From the NCBI RefSeq assembly GCF_009914755.1, contig NC_060929.1: a stretch of 64,000 nt of DNA, one strand, 5' to 3'. This DNA is from the human T2T-CHM13v2.0 reference genome, Homo sapiens. Every line of letters starts with the position of its first letter. Within the stretch, counting starts at the first letter, position 1. This document shows positions 44,324 to 56,010 of this stretch, in pieces. Below the pieces are notes generated by a model. The model searched no databases. It was not told the DNA's origin and worked only from the letters and a program-made list of their open reading frames with translations. Both the position numbers and the translations under genes were made by a program.

Positions 44324-44842
44324 CTAATCACCTCTTAAATTCATGAGGAGATTCAAGTGGGCCTTTAGTGAGGTCAGGCACAACCACCCATGAAGCCCTG
44401 TTTTACTCACTTTCCCATTCCTCCTAGATGACTATTTCACCTGACTTTCAGCTTAATGACGTGGCTTCCTGCTTGACGTGGAAAGTGGAAGCACTCAGAG
44501 GAAGATGGCCAGACTCCCCACACCACATTTTCCTTCTTACAGTCGTCTATGTTGACACATTCTGCCTTCCATCTACAGGCATTCCTTGGAGATATTGCAG
44601 GTTCAGTTCCAGACCACCACAATAAAACAAATGTCCCAATAAAGTGAGTCATATGAATTTTCTGCTTTCCAAGTGCATATAGAAATTATGTTTGCACTAT
44701 AATGTAGTCTATTAAGTGTGCAATAACATATGTTTAAAAAATGTACATACAGTAATTAAAAATACTTTTTTGATAAAAAATGCTAACGATCATCTGAGCC
44801 TTCAGCAAGTTGTAATCTTTTTGCTGGTGAAGGGTCTTGCTT

Positions 44843-46730
44843 CTATGTTGATGGCTGTTGATTGATCATGAGGGTGGTTGCTGAAGGCTGGGCTGGCTGT
44901 GGAAATTTCTTAAAATGAGACAACAGTGAAGTTTGCTGCATCGATTGACTCTCTCTTTCATGAAAGATTTCTCTGAAGCATGCAATACTGTTTGATAACA
45001 TTTTACCCAGAGAACCTCTTTCAAAATTGGAATCAATCCCCTCAAACCCTGCTACTGCTTTATCAAATAAGTTTATGCAATATTCTAAGTCTTTTGTGGT
45101 TGTTTCAATAATAGTCACAGCATCTTTGCCAGGAGTAGATTCCCTCTCAAGAGACCACTTTCTGTGCTCATTCGTAAGAAGCAGCTCCTCAGCTGCTAAA
45201 GTTTGATCATGACATTGAAGCAATTCAGTCGCATCTTCGGGCTCCACTTCGAATTCCAGTTCTCCCACTATTTTCACCATATCTGCCATTACTTCCTTCG
45301 CTGAAGCCTTGAATCCCTCAAAGTCATCCATGAGTTTTGGAATCAACTTCAAAACTCCAGTTAATGTTGATACTTTAACCTCTTTCCATGAATCACAAGT
45401 GTTCTTAATGACATCTAGATGGGTGAATCCTTTCCAGAAGGCTTCGAATTTGCTTTGCCCAGATCCATCACAGTAATCACTATCTATAGCAGCTATAGCC
45501 TTATGAAAACATTTCTTAAATAATAAGACTTGAAAGTCAAAATTACCCTTTGATCCATGGGCTGCAGATTGATGCTGTGTTAGCAGGCATGAAGACATTA
45601 GTCTCCTTGTACATCTCCACATCTCCATCAGAGCTTTTGGGAGGCCAGGTGTTTTTTTTTTTTTTGAGACGGAGTCTCGCTCTGTCGCCCAGGCCGGACT
45701 GCGGACTGCAGTGGCGCAATCTCGGCTCACTGCAAGCTCCGCTTCCCGGGTTCACGCCATTCTCCTGCCTCAGCCTCCTGAGTAGCTGGGACTACAGGCG
45801 CCCGCCACCGCGCCCGGCTAATTTTTTGTATTTTTAGTAGAGACAGGGTTTCACCTTGTTAGCCAGGATGGTTTCGATCTCCTGACCTCATGATCCACCC
45901 GCCTCGGCCTCCCAAAGTGCTGGGATTACAGGCGTGAGCCACCACGCCCGGCGGGAGGCCAGGTGTTTTGCTGGTGAGTAGTAATATTCTGAAAAAAGTT
46001 TCTTTTTTTCCTAAACAGTAGATCTCGATGGTGGGCTTAAAATATTCAATAAACCATGTTGTAAACAGATGTGCTGTCATTCAGGCTTTGTTGTTTCATT
46101 TACAGAGCAGGCAGAGTAGATTTAGCATAATTGTTAAGGGCCCTAGGATTTCAAAATGGTAAATGAGCCCTGGCTTCAACTTAAAGTTACCAGCTGCATT
46201 AGCCCCTAACAAGATAATCAATCTGTCTCCCAAAGCTTTGAAGCCAGGAATTGTCTTCTCTCTAGCTTGGAAAGTCCTAGATGGCATCTTCTTCCAATAC
46301 AAGGTTGTTTTGTCTACATTGACAATCGATTATTTAGTTCAGTGACATTCATAACTTGTCTTAGCTAAATCTTCTAGATAACTTTCTGCACCTTCTATGC
46401 CAGCACTTGCTGCCTCACCTTGCACTTTTATGTTATGGAGATGGCTTACTTCCTCAAGCCTCATGAATCAACCTCTTCTAGCTTCCAACTTTTCTCCTGT
46501 AGTTTTCTCACCTCTCTCAAAAGAAAGTTAGGGCCTTGCTCTGGATTAGGCTTTGGCTTAAGGGGCTGTTGTTGCTGATTTGATCTTCTAGCCAGACTGC
46601 TAAAACTTTCTCCATGTCAGCAATAAGGCCCTTTTGCTTTCTTATCATTCGTGTGTTCACGGGAGTGGCACTTTTAATGTCCTCCAAGAAATCTTCCTTC
46701 GCATTCACAGCTTGGCTGTTTGGCACAAGA
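44843..46730 (-). pseudogene. Tigger1 transposase remnant (frameshifted, Alu-interrupted)
   Basis: Peptides [24 protein letters not shown]...[14 protein letters not shown] and DGSGQSK...MDDFEGFK...EVEPED, similar to Tigger1/TIGD1. Confidence 0.9.
45652..45952 (-). mobile_element. AluYb8 (human-specific subfamily)
   Basis: Diagnostic 7 bp duplication (ggactgcggactgc) plus ggatcatgagg, aacaaggtg and gggaagcgg on the sense strand. Perfect 17 bp TSD gggaggccaggtgtttt at 45639-45655 and 45953-45969. Confidence 0.97.
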
Positions 46731-46771
46731 GACTTAGCTTTCAGCCTGTTTTGGCTTTCAACATGCCTTCC

Positions 46772-47191
46772 TGAGATGGTTTGGATGTTTTTTCCCCTGC
46801 AAATATCATGTTGAAATGTGACCTGCAGTGTTGGAGATGGGACCTGGTGAGAGGTGTTTGGGCCATGGTGGCATATCTCTCATGAATGGCTTGGTGCCGT
46901 CCTCGCAGTAATGATTTAGTTCTCACTACAAGTTCATGTGAGATCCAATTGTTTAAAAGAGTCTGGACCTCCTTCCTCTCTCCCTTGCTCCATCTCTTGT
47001 CATGTGACATGCCTGCTCCTGCTTAGCCTTCCACCGTGAGTAAAAGCTTCCTGAGACCTCACCAGAAGGGGAGTACATGCCAGTGTCATGCTTCCTATAC
47101 AACCTGCAAAACTGTGAACCAATTAAATCTCATCGTTATAAATTACTCAGTGTCAGGTATTCCTTTATAGCAACAAAAACAGAATAACACA
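46772..47191 (+). mobile_element. MSTA/MSTB MaLR solo LTR nested in Tigger1
   Basis: tgagatggtttggatg...tcaggtattcctttatagcaac...aacaca; 5 bp TSD cttcc on both sides. Confidence 0.92.
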
Positions 47192-48406
47192 CTTCCTCAC
47201 CAAGTTTAACCATTTCTAGCTTTTGCTTTACAGTGAGAGATGTCAACTCTTCCTGTCACTTGAACACTTAGGGCTATTAACTGGCCTATTTTCAATATTA
47301 TTCTGTATCATGTAATAGGGAGGCAAGAGGAGAGGAAGAGAGATGGGGAAACAGCTGGTCAGTGGAGAAATCAGAACACACACATTTATTGCTTACATTT
47401 GATGTCTTATATGCATGCAGTTTGTGATGCTTCCAAACAATTATGATAGTAACATCAAAGATCACTCACTGATCACAGATCATCATAACAGATATAATAA
47501 TAATGAAAAAGTCTGAAACATTGCAAGAGTTACCAAAATGTTACACAGAGACCTGAAGTGAGTATATATTGCTGGGAAACAGCATAGATAGTCTTGTTGG
47601 ATGCAAGGCTGTCGCAAATCTTCAATTTGTAAATAACCCATTACCTGCAAAGTGCAGTAAAGAGAAGCACAATAAAATGAGATATGCCTGTACTTACCCT
47701 CAGCTGACTTCTGATGCACACTAGAGTTTAACAATTCAACAAACACTGCTAGAGATGAACCCACTTTTCTGTGAAAGGCCAATCTTTCTGTGTGCCACAT
47801 ACCCTGTGACCTGTTCAAAGACATTGTCCAGCACGGCCCCTTTTCTCTCCTGCACCATCAGTTTTCCCCCTTTCTACAAGATCATTTCCTTTGACATAGA
47901 AGACTGCTGTTAATCATCTCATCTCATGGAAAAGAACATCACCCCCTCCCACTCTGACAGTTACCTGACCTGCAGCTCTCTGCCCCTGTACAGCAATTCT
48001 CCTGGGAAGAGATTTCTTTGCTGGACTCTTCTTTGCTTAACTTCTCTTCTGGAATTATTTCCTGAACTCATTTTCCTCATGTTCCATCACCAGCCCTCCA
48101 CTGCACTGAAAGGTTCCCTACTACAGTTACACAGGACCTTTGTGTCACAAAATCCAGAGGTCAATTCTGATTCAGATTCCTTTGGCTAACTGGTCATCAG
48201 CTGCATTTGACAGAGCTGGGACCCCCTACCCACTAATGGACATTGCTAATTCTATAAGTGTCCTGGCTACCTCACTTGTTGCTTCTTCTCCATCTCCACG
48301 TCTTTCTGCATCAACATTAAGAAGTCAGGAGAAGGGGCTCTTCCTTCTTCCGTAATGATTATACTCTTTTGGTAAATTCAACCAAATTCATAGCTTCAAT
48401 TCTATC

Positions 48407-48879
48407 TGTACCAGTCAAGATTCTCCAGACAAATGGAACTAACAGAATGTGTGTGTGTGTGTGTGTGCGCGCGCGCGCGCATGCACGCACATGTGCGTTC
48501 ATGTTAGGTTATAGTACAGTTATTTAATCAAACACTAATCTAGGTATTTTTGTAAATGTGGTTAACATCTATAATCTTGTTAACTTCAAGTTAAAAAGAA
48601 TACCCTCAACTCTGTGAGGAATAGGCCTCATGCAAGTAGTTGCAGGTCTTAAGAGCGAAAACTGAGGTTTCCCAGAAAACAATGAATTCTGCTTCAAGAC
48701 TGCAGCATCAACTCCCTCCTGAGTTTCTAGTCCACCAGCTTGCCTATGCATTTCAAACTTGCCAGCTCCCACAATTGTGTGAGCCAATTTCTTAAAGTAA
48801 ATCTCTTAATGCGTAATATATTTTATGTAGGATATATATCCTATAGCCTAGCCAAGTTGACACATAAAACTAACCATCA
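48407..48879. mobile_element. MLT2D-like LTR with internally inverted core
   Basis: Both termini are in minus orientation while ~48503-48840 is in plus orientation; compare the collinear copy at 511-909. Confidence 0.8.
48447..48498. repeat. (TG)n(CG)n microsatellite; 52 bp alternating purine-pyrimidine tract
   Basis: Read directly from the sequence. Confidence 0.95.
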
Positions 48880-50228
48880 AATGATCCATGTACCATGACC
48901 CTGATTCATATTTTCAGTCCAAATTGTTTTGTGTATCCACTTGCTTACTCAATATCTCCACTTGGGTAACAACACAATTTTTAAAGTTGAACTTTACCTG
49001 CAGACTTTTTGCTCTCATTTGGTGGCAACTTGATCCTTCCTGTCCTGCAGTCTGAAAATGTTAGAATCATCCTTGGCTCCTCTCATTCACACCCTGCATT
49101 CAAATCCTGCTGGCTCCGACATCTCACAGCCTCCACTGCTCCCACATTTGTCCCCAGCACCATGTCTCACCTGGACTGCTGCAATGGCCTCCAGAGCTGC
49201 TTCTGCCCTTGTGTGCTGGGGTCTGATTGCAACACAGCAACCCAAGCGACTCTCCTAATCTGTAACTGAGACAAGCTATTTCTTCACACTAGACCACACC
49301 ACTTCTCCACTGAGTAAAAGGCACAGTCCCTGCCCAGGAGGCCTCCAGAGATCTGTCCCCTTTTCCTCACTGACTTAAATTCCCCACTCTGCTGTATGTG
49401 TAAACCACTCTGACAACACTGTCCTCCCTGTGTTCCCAAAAGACAACAGACACACTCTGCTCCAGTGCTTGGACCCTAGAATACTCCCTCTGCCTGGGAT
49501 CTGCTTCTCCCAGATGCCCACATGCTCACTCTGCCTACTTCAAGGAACTTGAATAATGCCCTTCTCAGCAAGGCCCCCTGCATGTGCCATTTGAACCTGC
49601 AGCCTCTCCATCCATCATCCCTGCCTATCCTCACCCTGCTCTGACTTGTCCTTGTGTTTGGAGCCTTCTCACCTTTACCCCTACTATTCCATTGACTCAT
49701 TACATTTATTGTCTGGTCTTTCTTCCCCATTAAAATGGGGATAGATGTCTTTCTGGTTTTTTACACTGATGTTTCTCAAGCACATAGAATAGCATCTGGT
49801 TCAAGCGGGTCCTCAATAAATATTTGTGGAATAAATGAGTCATTTGTGAATATATCTTGATGTGCTATTCCTTCTCACTTGAACATTACAGTGGAAGCTC
49901 CATGGAGACAAGGGCTTGCCTCTCTTACTCAGGCCCCTCCAGCAGTCCATGCACAGGGCAGGCCTGGCAAATACTTGTTGGGGACTTCTGACCAATGAAG
50001 GTCTTTGGAGATGAAAGAGAGGCCAATTCCTACAAGTTACAGGATCTCATAGTCCTCTTTTCCCAAGGTTCACTGTGCTGGGATTTGCAGGTTTCTGGAA
50101 GATTTTGAAGTGAGCACTCTACTTTTAAAGCCACAGTATCCAGTTTACTGATGAACTCCACTCTGCCTTTTCCCCTTCAAAACCTGATGCCCTTACCAAG
50201 CTGATTTCCCCTGGGTGGGCATCCTGAT

Positions 50229-50272
50229 GGGTGGGGCGGGGCGGGGCTGGGGGGGTCCCACCCACATATTAA
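50229..50272 (+). promoter_or_regulatory. Tandem GC boxes / G4-competent tract with downstream TATTAA
   Basis: gggtggggcggggcggggctggggggg followed by tattaa at 50267-50272. Confidence 0.35.
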
Positions 50273-51689
50273 GCCCTGACTTGCTGGAACTGGTCTGAAC
50301 ATTTGTGCCTCAGGGCAAGTCAAAGCAAGACCCCTTTGCACCAAGCCAGGCATTGTTTTAGAACTCTGACTCCAGCACTGCATGGTCTCCAGCTGCAGGG
50401 ACCTTGTCTTTACATCACTGATGGGCGCATTAACCACAGACTAAGAGTCGTGCATGCAAGAATTTCAACCTACCTCATCTGTAGCTTAAAAACACTTTTA
50501 AAGGCAATACATCTTTTCTTTTCTTTCTAAAGGGACTAAATGTTGCCTTGTCCAGTGGAAAAAAAAAATCTACTTATAAAAAGCATTCTTTGGGGGAAAG
50601 AGGGAGTGATTCTTATCTGAAAACCAATGGAGCAAAAGGACTAACATTTTACAAGCTGCAGTAAAACCCAGGAAAACCTCTCAGAATGAGGATAGCTAGG
50701 GAGGACAGAAACCCACGAGCTAGAGGGAGGTCAAAGTCCTGGCTCTTTAGTGGGTGTTGCTGAAGTTGACAAATAGCAGGCATTTGTGTGGTTTGCAGAC
50801 ATCGCTGTCCTTGCCTCCCCATGGCTGCAGAAGGGGCGTGTCTCCTGTCTTCATCAAATCTCTGCAGCCCCGTTGCCTTCTCCTTGCCTTACTCTATTGG
50901 CTTTTGAATACTTCATTAACTTTTAAATCCAGCCATTTAAATGCTTGCATAGCCTAGTTCCCCTTTACCTAAAAGAATCATTACAACATTGTCTCTCTCC
51001 TCATATACTTAAATCATCTCACTCAGGCATCTGCAAAGATAATCTCAACGATTCTACTTAAACTCCTTAGCTATTAAGAAAGGCAGTAACATCAACAGGC
51101 TGAGCTGGCCCTTGAAATGGGAGAAGCTCCTAACAGCATCTGGTCAGCTTAGCTGATGCAATTGCAAGGCTGGCCTGGAGAAGGCCCCATCCAGAGACTC
51201 CTCCCTGCAGAACCAGATGGCTTCAAGAATATGTGCATCCGTGCTGGGCCCTGGGAGCTGGGGTTCTACTTAAACACCTTTGGACCTGCTGGGACGTCCT
51301 TCCTTGAGTGTAAGCCCAGTTTCTCAAGCCCATATCCTCTTCTTTTGATTACAACATTGTAAATTATTAAATAAAATTTTCATACTGATTTCCTTTAGAG
51401 TAAAAGAATTTTGTGCTTTTTTAATGGAATAAGAATATTTCAATCTTTCTTTCTTTTCTCTTGGTTATTTCTAGTGCTTTAAAATGTGAACACCAAAACT
51501 ATTTTTTTATTATAACAGAAAAGCCAAAATATTGTTTAAAATATGTGTAGCCAAGACAAATCTTATTATACATGCTCATATCTTGGAAGAACTTGTGCAC
51601 AGTTAATGGGTTGATGAGTGAAGCATTCAAGACAGGGAGTTGCTCAGCACTGGAGTGTCCAGAGGTCTTGAAGGTCCTGGTTAGGAGCC

Positions 51690-51900
51690 CAGTCTCCAGA
51701 GCTGCGCTACCTGGATTCACATCCCAGCTGCATCTCTTCCTGGCTGTATGACCTTGGACAAATGACTTAACCTCTCTGTGCTTCAGTTTTCCACAGTAAA
51801 ATAAGTATGAGAACACTACCTAGGGCATCAGGATGTGAAGTTTAAATAAGTTAATAAACTTAAAGAACACAGGATGGTACTGACCATTGCATGCCATGTA
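51690..51900 (+). mobile_element. MIR SINE
   Basis: ctggattcacatcccagct...ggctgtatgaccttggacaaatgacttaacctctctgtgcttcagttttcc. Confidence 0.85.
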
Positions 51901-52391
51901 AGGGTTTACTATGAACATTAGCTCTTAATGCTCTATAATTGAATATAATTTTGATTTGGAATATCTATCTAACCAGGCTAGCAGGAGTCTTTCTTCTGTC
52001 TCTGGGGTGTCCTGTGGAGAGGGAAAATCCCCCAAATCCCCAGGCTGGGACCAGGCCAAGGTCTGTCCACAGAGGACACTACTGAGAGCCCTTGGGCTCT
52101 CATACATCCAGGACTCACCACAACTGCTGGGTCTCCCTGAGGTCCATATGCCAGAAAATACTTCTCAAGTACCTGCTCATGTGTGCTATCCCCAGCAGCT
52201 GGCATGAGGCCTGAGAGTGTGCCCAGCACACTGGCAGAGAACATTCAATGTAGGCAAAGGAAAAAGAACAGACAGCCTGGGAGGATAGCACAGGGTTTCA
52301 ACCTTATGCATAAGAATCATGAAAAGGTCTCATCGTCAAACCGCCAGCCTGCCCCTGAAAAGCAGGCCAGAGTAAAAAGGTTCAGAGCTCA

Positions 52392-52775
52392 CAAAAGAAA
52401 TGTATTGCCTCTCAGTCCTGGAGGCTGAAAGTCCAAAATCAGGGTGTCCGCAGGGCCCCGCTCCCTCAGAAGCTCCAGAGGAGGATCCTTCCTTGCATCT
52501 TCCCAGCATCAGTGGCTGCCACCAATCCTTGGGTTTCCCTGGCTGGTGGCAGCATCACTCGAAGCCCTGTGTGTCTCTGTCTTTGCATGGCCATCTTCAT
52601 ATAAGGACACTGTTCAGATTAGATTAGGGGTCCACCCTACTCTAGTATGACCTCATCTCAACTTAACTAATTACATGTGCAGGAAGACTGTTTATAAATA
52701 ACATCCTACTCTGAGATCCTGGGGGTTAGGACTTCAACATATCATTTTTGGGGAGACACAATTCAACCCAGAACA
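52392..52775 (-). mobile_element. MLT1B/C MaLR LTR
   Basis: cagtcctggaggctgaaagtccaaaatcagggtgtc...ggggagacacaattcaacccagaaca. Confidence 0.85.
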
Positions 52776-54296
52776 GTATCCCATGTTAAATTAAAGGGGC
52801 TATATATTTTTCAGCAAAAAAGAGGAATGCATCTCTTCATAAAGACATAGACATATAATTTTACTGGAATGAAACCTTATCTTACATGCCCTTTTCACCA
52901 TGGCTACAGCTCCCCACTCTCTCATCTCCCCACAGCCAGGTGAGTTCTGTTGCCATTTGTTGCTATGTGTATCCTTCCATATGCTTCTATTTACTCAAAT
53001 GAGCCTACACACACCTATGTAGGCAGATACTCATTGTGTAAATATGCATCTTCAGGGGAGGTTTTTGTCACGGTTTTACAAAAATAGAATCAATCATTTC
53101 AAGTGCCTTTTGTAAATTTTGCTTTTATCACACAATAACATCTGGGGGAAGTCCTGCCAAGCCATCTTCCAAGGCTCTAAAGCATTATCTTTAATGATTG
53201 TATTATGTATTCTGCAGTGTGGGCATTAGCCAAAAATTAACAGTGATTATCTTAAGACACTTGGGGGTAGGGTCTCTCTTCCTTTATCTTTGTGGAGATT
53301 TGATAGCTGTTCAATAAATATGAGTATGTTTGAATTGAAGCTGAAACATTTTTCAAAAATCTCAACTCTGATAGCATTGATGCCATTTATACAATTTTAT
53401 TCCTTCTTGAGGACACTGACATTTTAGGGTCCCAGAGACTATGTTTAACATTCCCTATAAACCATCACATTTATTTATCTTACCAGCCCAAGGAGGTTAA
53501 AGTCTCCATCTAAAGACAGGGCAGGAGGTTCAGAGACCTGGGCACACAGCGTAGTGGGCAGACTGAGGACTCAAACCCTGAACTAACAACCTCCCACACC
53601 CATCACTCTCTGCCATATTAGGTTTCAAAAGTTACACATCATCTCATATGCTAGACTTGGCTCTGGAAATCTAGTTTTGGTTGTTCCCAAACCCACCCTC
53701 CAAAGTTATATGACCACTGAAAATATACAAAGTAATGAAGCAGAGCCAAAAAGTAAACAAAAAAGTTTTAGCAATCCATGACCCCTGCTGCTCTGCAGAG
53801 AACTGTCCTAATTTTCCTTTGCTTATTTAAAATCAGTGACTTGACTTCAGTCACATATGTTACACATACATAATCTAGTTTCTAGAAGCAGAATAGAAAC
53901 ACTTACTCATACACGACTGGGCAGGATGTCATTAGGAAAAAGTGAAGGAGGTGACAATTTGGGGTTCCAGGCCCTGAGTTGAGGGAGGACAGTGGTGACC
54001 TATTAAACTAGACAATGGCTAAGATTGTCATGCTTGTTTGCTGTCTCTGAGAGCATATTTCCTAGGAAAGATGTTTAGGAGTATTTGACAAAGACCCATA
54101 TGAAAGTTCCTTCACAGCATATTTTACCTCTAACTGTCTATGAATTCATGTGTGACTTTGATATAGATGCTGTAAACTTTGGTACACAAAGTAACTAAGT
54201 CCCATCACAGTATGGAAGGGATGTGAATTTCAAAGGTGAGTAAGTGGTGCCTAGAATTTACCTTTCTTACCTTCCTGAAATAGCACGTACAATAAC

Positions 54297-54470
54297 ACGG
54301 TTCTCAACGTGGGCTGAGTATTCTAAACACCTAGGAACTAAAAAGTTTAAAAGTGCTGACACCTGTATTTCAATGAATTGATTTAATTAGTATAGGATGT
54401 AGCTGAGCATCGAGATTCCATAAACTCTTCAAATGACTCGAATATGCAGCAGAAGTTGAGACCCACAGCC
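54297..54470. mobile_element. MER5-family MITE
   Basis: ggttctcaacgtgggctga...aaatgactcgaatatgcagcagaagttgagacccac. Confidence 0.6.
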
Positions 54471-55829
54471 CTAGGAGATTTGAGGGGAAAGCATTAAAAT
54501 TGTTAAAAATTAGAAGGACTGTTTGTGAAATAAGATAAAATTAAGGAGAAATAACCTCCTTTACTGAGCAATGTAGCCTTCTATGAGCTGCCCCCAACCT
54601 TGCTCTTCAGTCCCACCTTCCATTCTTCCCCACATTTTTTGTTGTAGCTGAAACATACTTTCTCTGCATAAGCCACATCATTCTTCTCCTCTTATGCTTT
54701 GTAAATATTTTCCCCTCTCCCAGGAATCTTTCTCTAAATGAATCCTGCACTTTCTTGGTGATTCCATCTAAGTGGTCTATTTGGACAGAACTTCAGTGGA
54801 CTCACTGCATTTCCCTCAACTATATGTTTTGGCCCAAGTTTCTCCACTTGACCTCAGTGAACACCAAAGAGACAGAGATGTTGCGCCATGCATTCCCATC
54901 ACCTAGCCAGGTGACTAGCACATCATAGACAGTCAACAAATGGCTGTGGGGTGAAGTCAGGAAGCAAAACAGCATTAGGAAGTATGTATCAGCTTCTCAC
55001 CAATTGTAGTATTGAGAAATTTATCATCTTGACAGGCATAAACATGTAAGAGAAAATTTGCTTTGCAAATTATAGCACCCAAAAGCTTAAAAGAAAACAT
55101 CATGAAAAAGACAGGTAAAATTGAACTCATTCCATCTAATATGGTGTTTAAAAATGTGTCTCCATTTTTTCTTTGTACTTATTATCAAAAACCAGGTATT
55201 GCAAAAGTATATTAGTAATCACTTTATTCTTTTTTCAGTCTGATGGAAATACAAGATACAAGTGGTCCTACAGAAGAACTCTTCCCTTTGGAAGACTGAA
55301 ATGCCTGGTAACACATGGCTGCAAATGTTTGCTGATCTCTCTAATCAATCCCCTGCAAGCTCACTAGCCAAGCGGCAGTGACACTTTGGAAATATCAGAA
55401 CCTGGTAATTTATTTCTTGACTGTCTTCCCAAACAATTAAGGACCTAACATCTGCGTGCTAAGCAACCATGGGCTACTCCTTTCCAGCAACTTTGCAAGA
55501 AACACTGTCAGAACTCCTTAAAAACAATCAACTCTGAAAAAGAGGACCCCAGAGAGTGTCTGCACTTGAGTGAATGTTGCCCAAGCAAGGGCAAACTTCT
55601 GCCACATACAGCACATGTTTTTAAAGATGAAGTTCTTGTCCAGGGTGTCTGGCAATTGTGTGGCACTTTGAATTAGACTTTGCAGAATGACAGCAATTTG
55701 ACCAACAGCGTCTGAGGGGCAGATGCTTTCTGCACACTCTCAAGCTCAATGTGGCACAATCCAGGCGATTTTGCAATGCTGGATGCATGGTGAGCCTGCT
55801 GGGCTGTCAACAGCCGCACAAAGTGAGGT

Positions 55830-56010
55830 TGTGCCAGAATCATGGGGTGTTCAGCATTCAAAGAGAACTCAGATATCACCTCATTCAGCCCCTTCACAGT
55901 ACAGATAAATGGAGAGAGACCAGAGAGCTTAATGATTTCTTGTTGAAGGATCACACATAGAAAGGTATATGTGTGTTCAATCCAAATTTGCAGGCTTAAA
56001 TTCGAGTTCT
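55830..56010 (-). mobile_element. MIR fragment
   Basis: agaatcat...agatatcacctcattcagcccc...acagataaatggagagagaccagagagcttaatgatttcttg. Confidence 0.55.

Larger units (their letters stand above)
44576..47690 (-). mobile_element. Full-length Tigger1 (pogo/TcMar) DNA transposon
   Basis: Terminal inverted repeats caggcattcc and gatatgcctg, with TA TSD at 44574-75 and 47691-92. About 2.4 kb after removing the nested Alu and LTR. Confidence 0.95.
36100..49840 (+). mobile_element. Long L2 broken into pieces (~36100-36529, 44337-44573, 47693-48406, 48880-49840)
   Basis: Flanks of each insertion rejoin into L2-like sequence (ttaaattcatga...caagtgggccttta...cctcctagatgactatttca). L2a-type end ctcaataaatatttgtggaataaatga near 49830. 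Confidence 0.65.
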
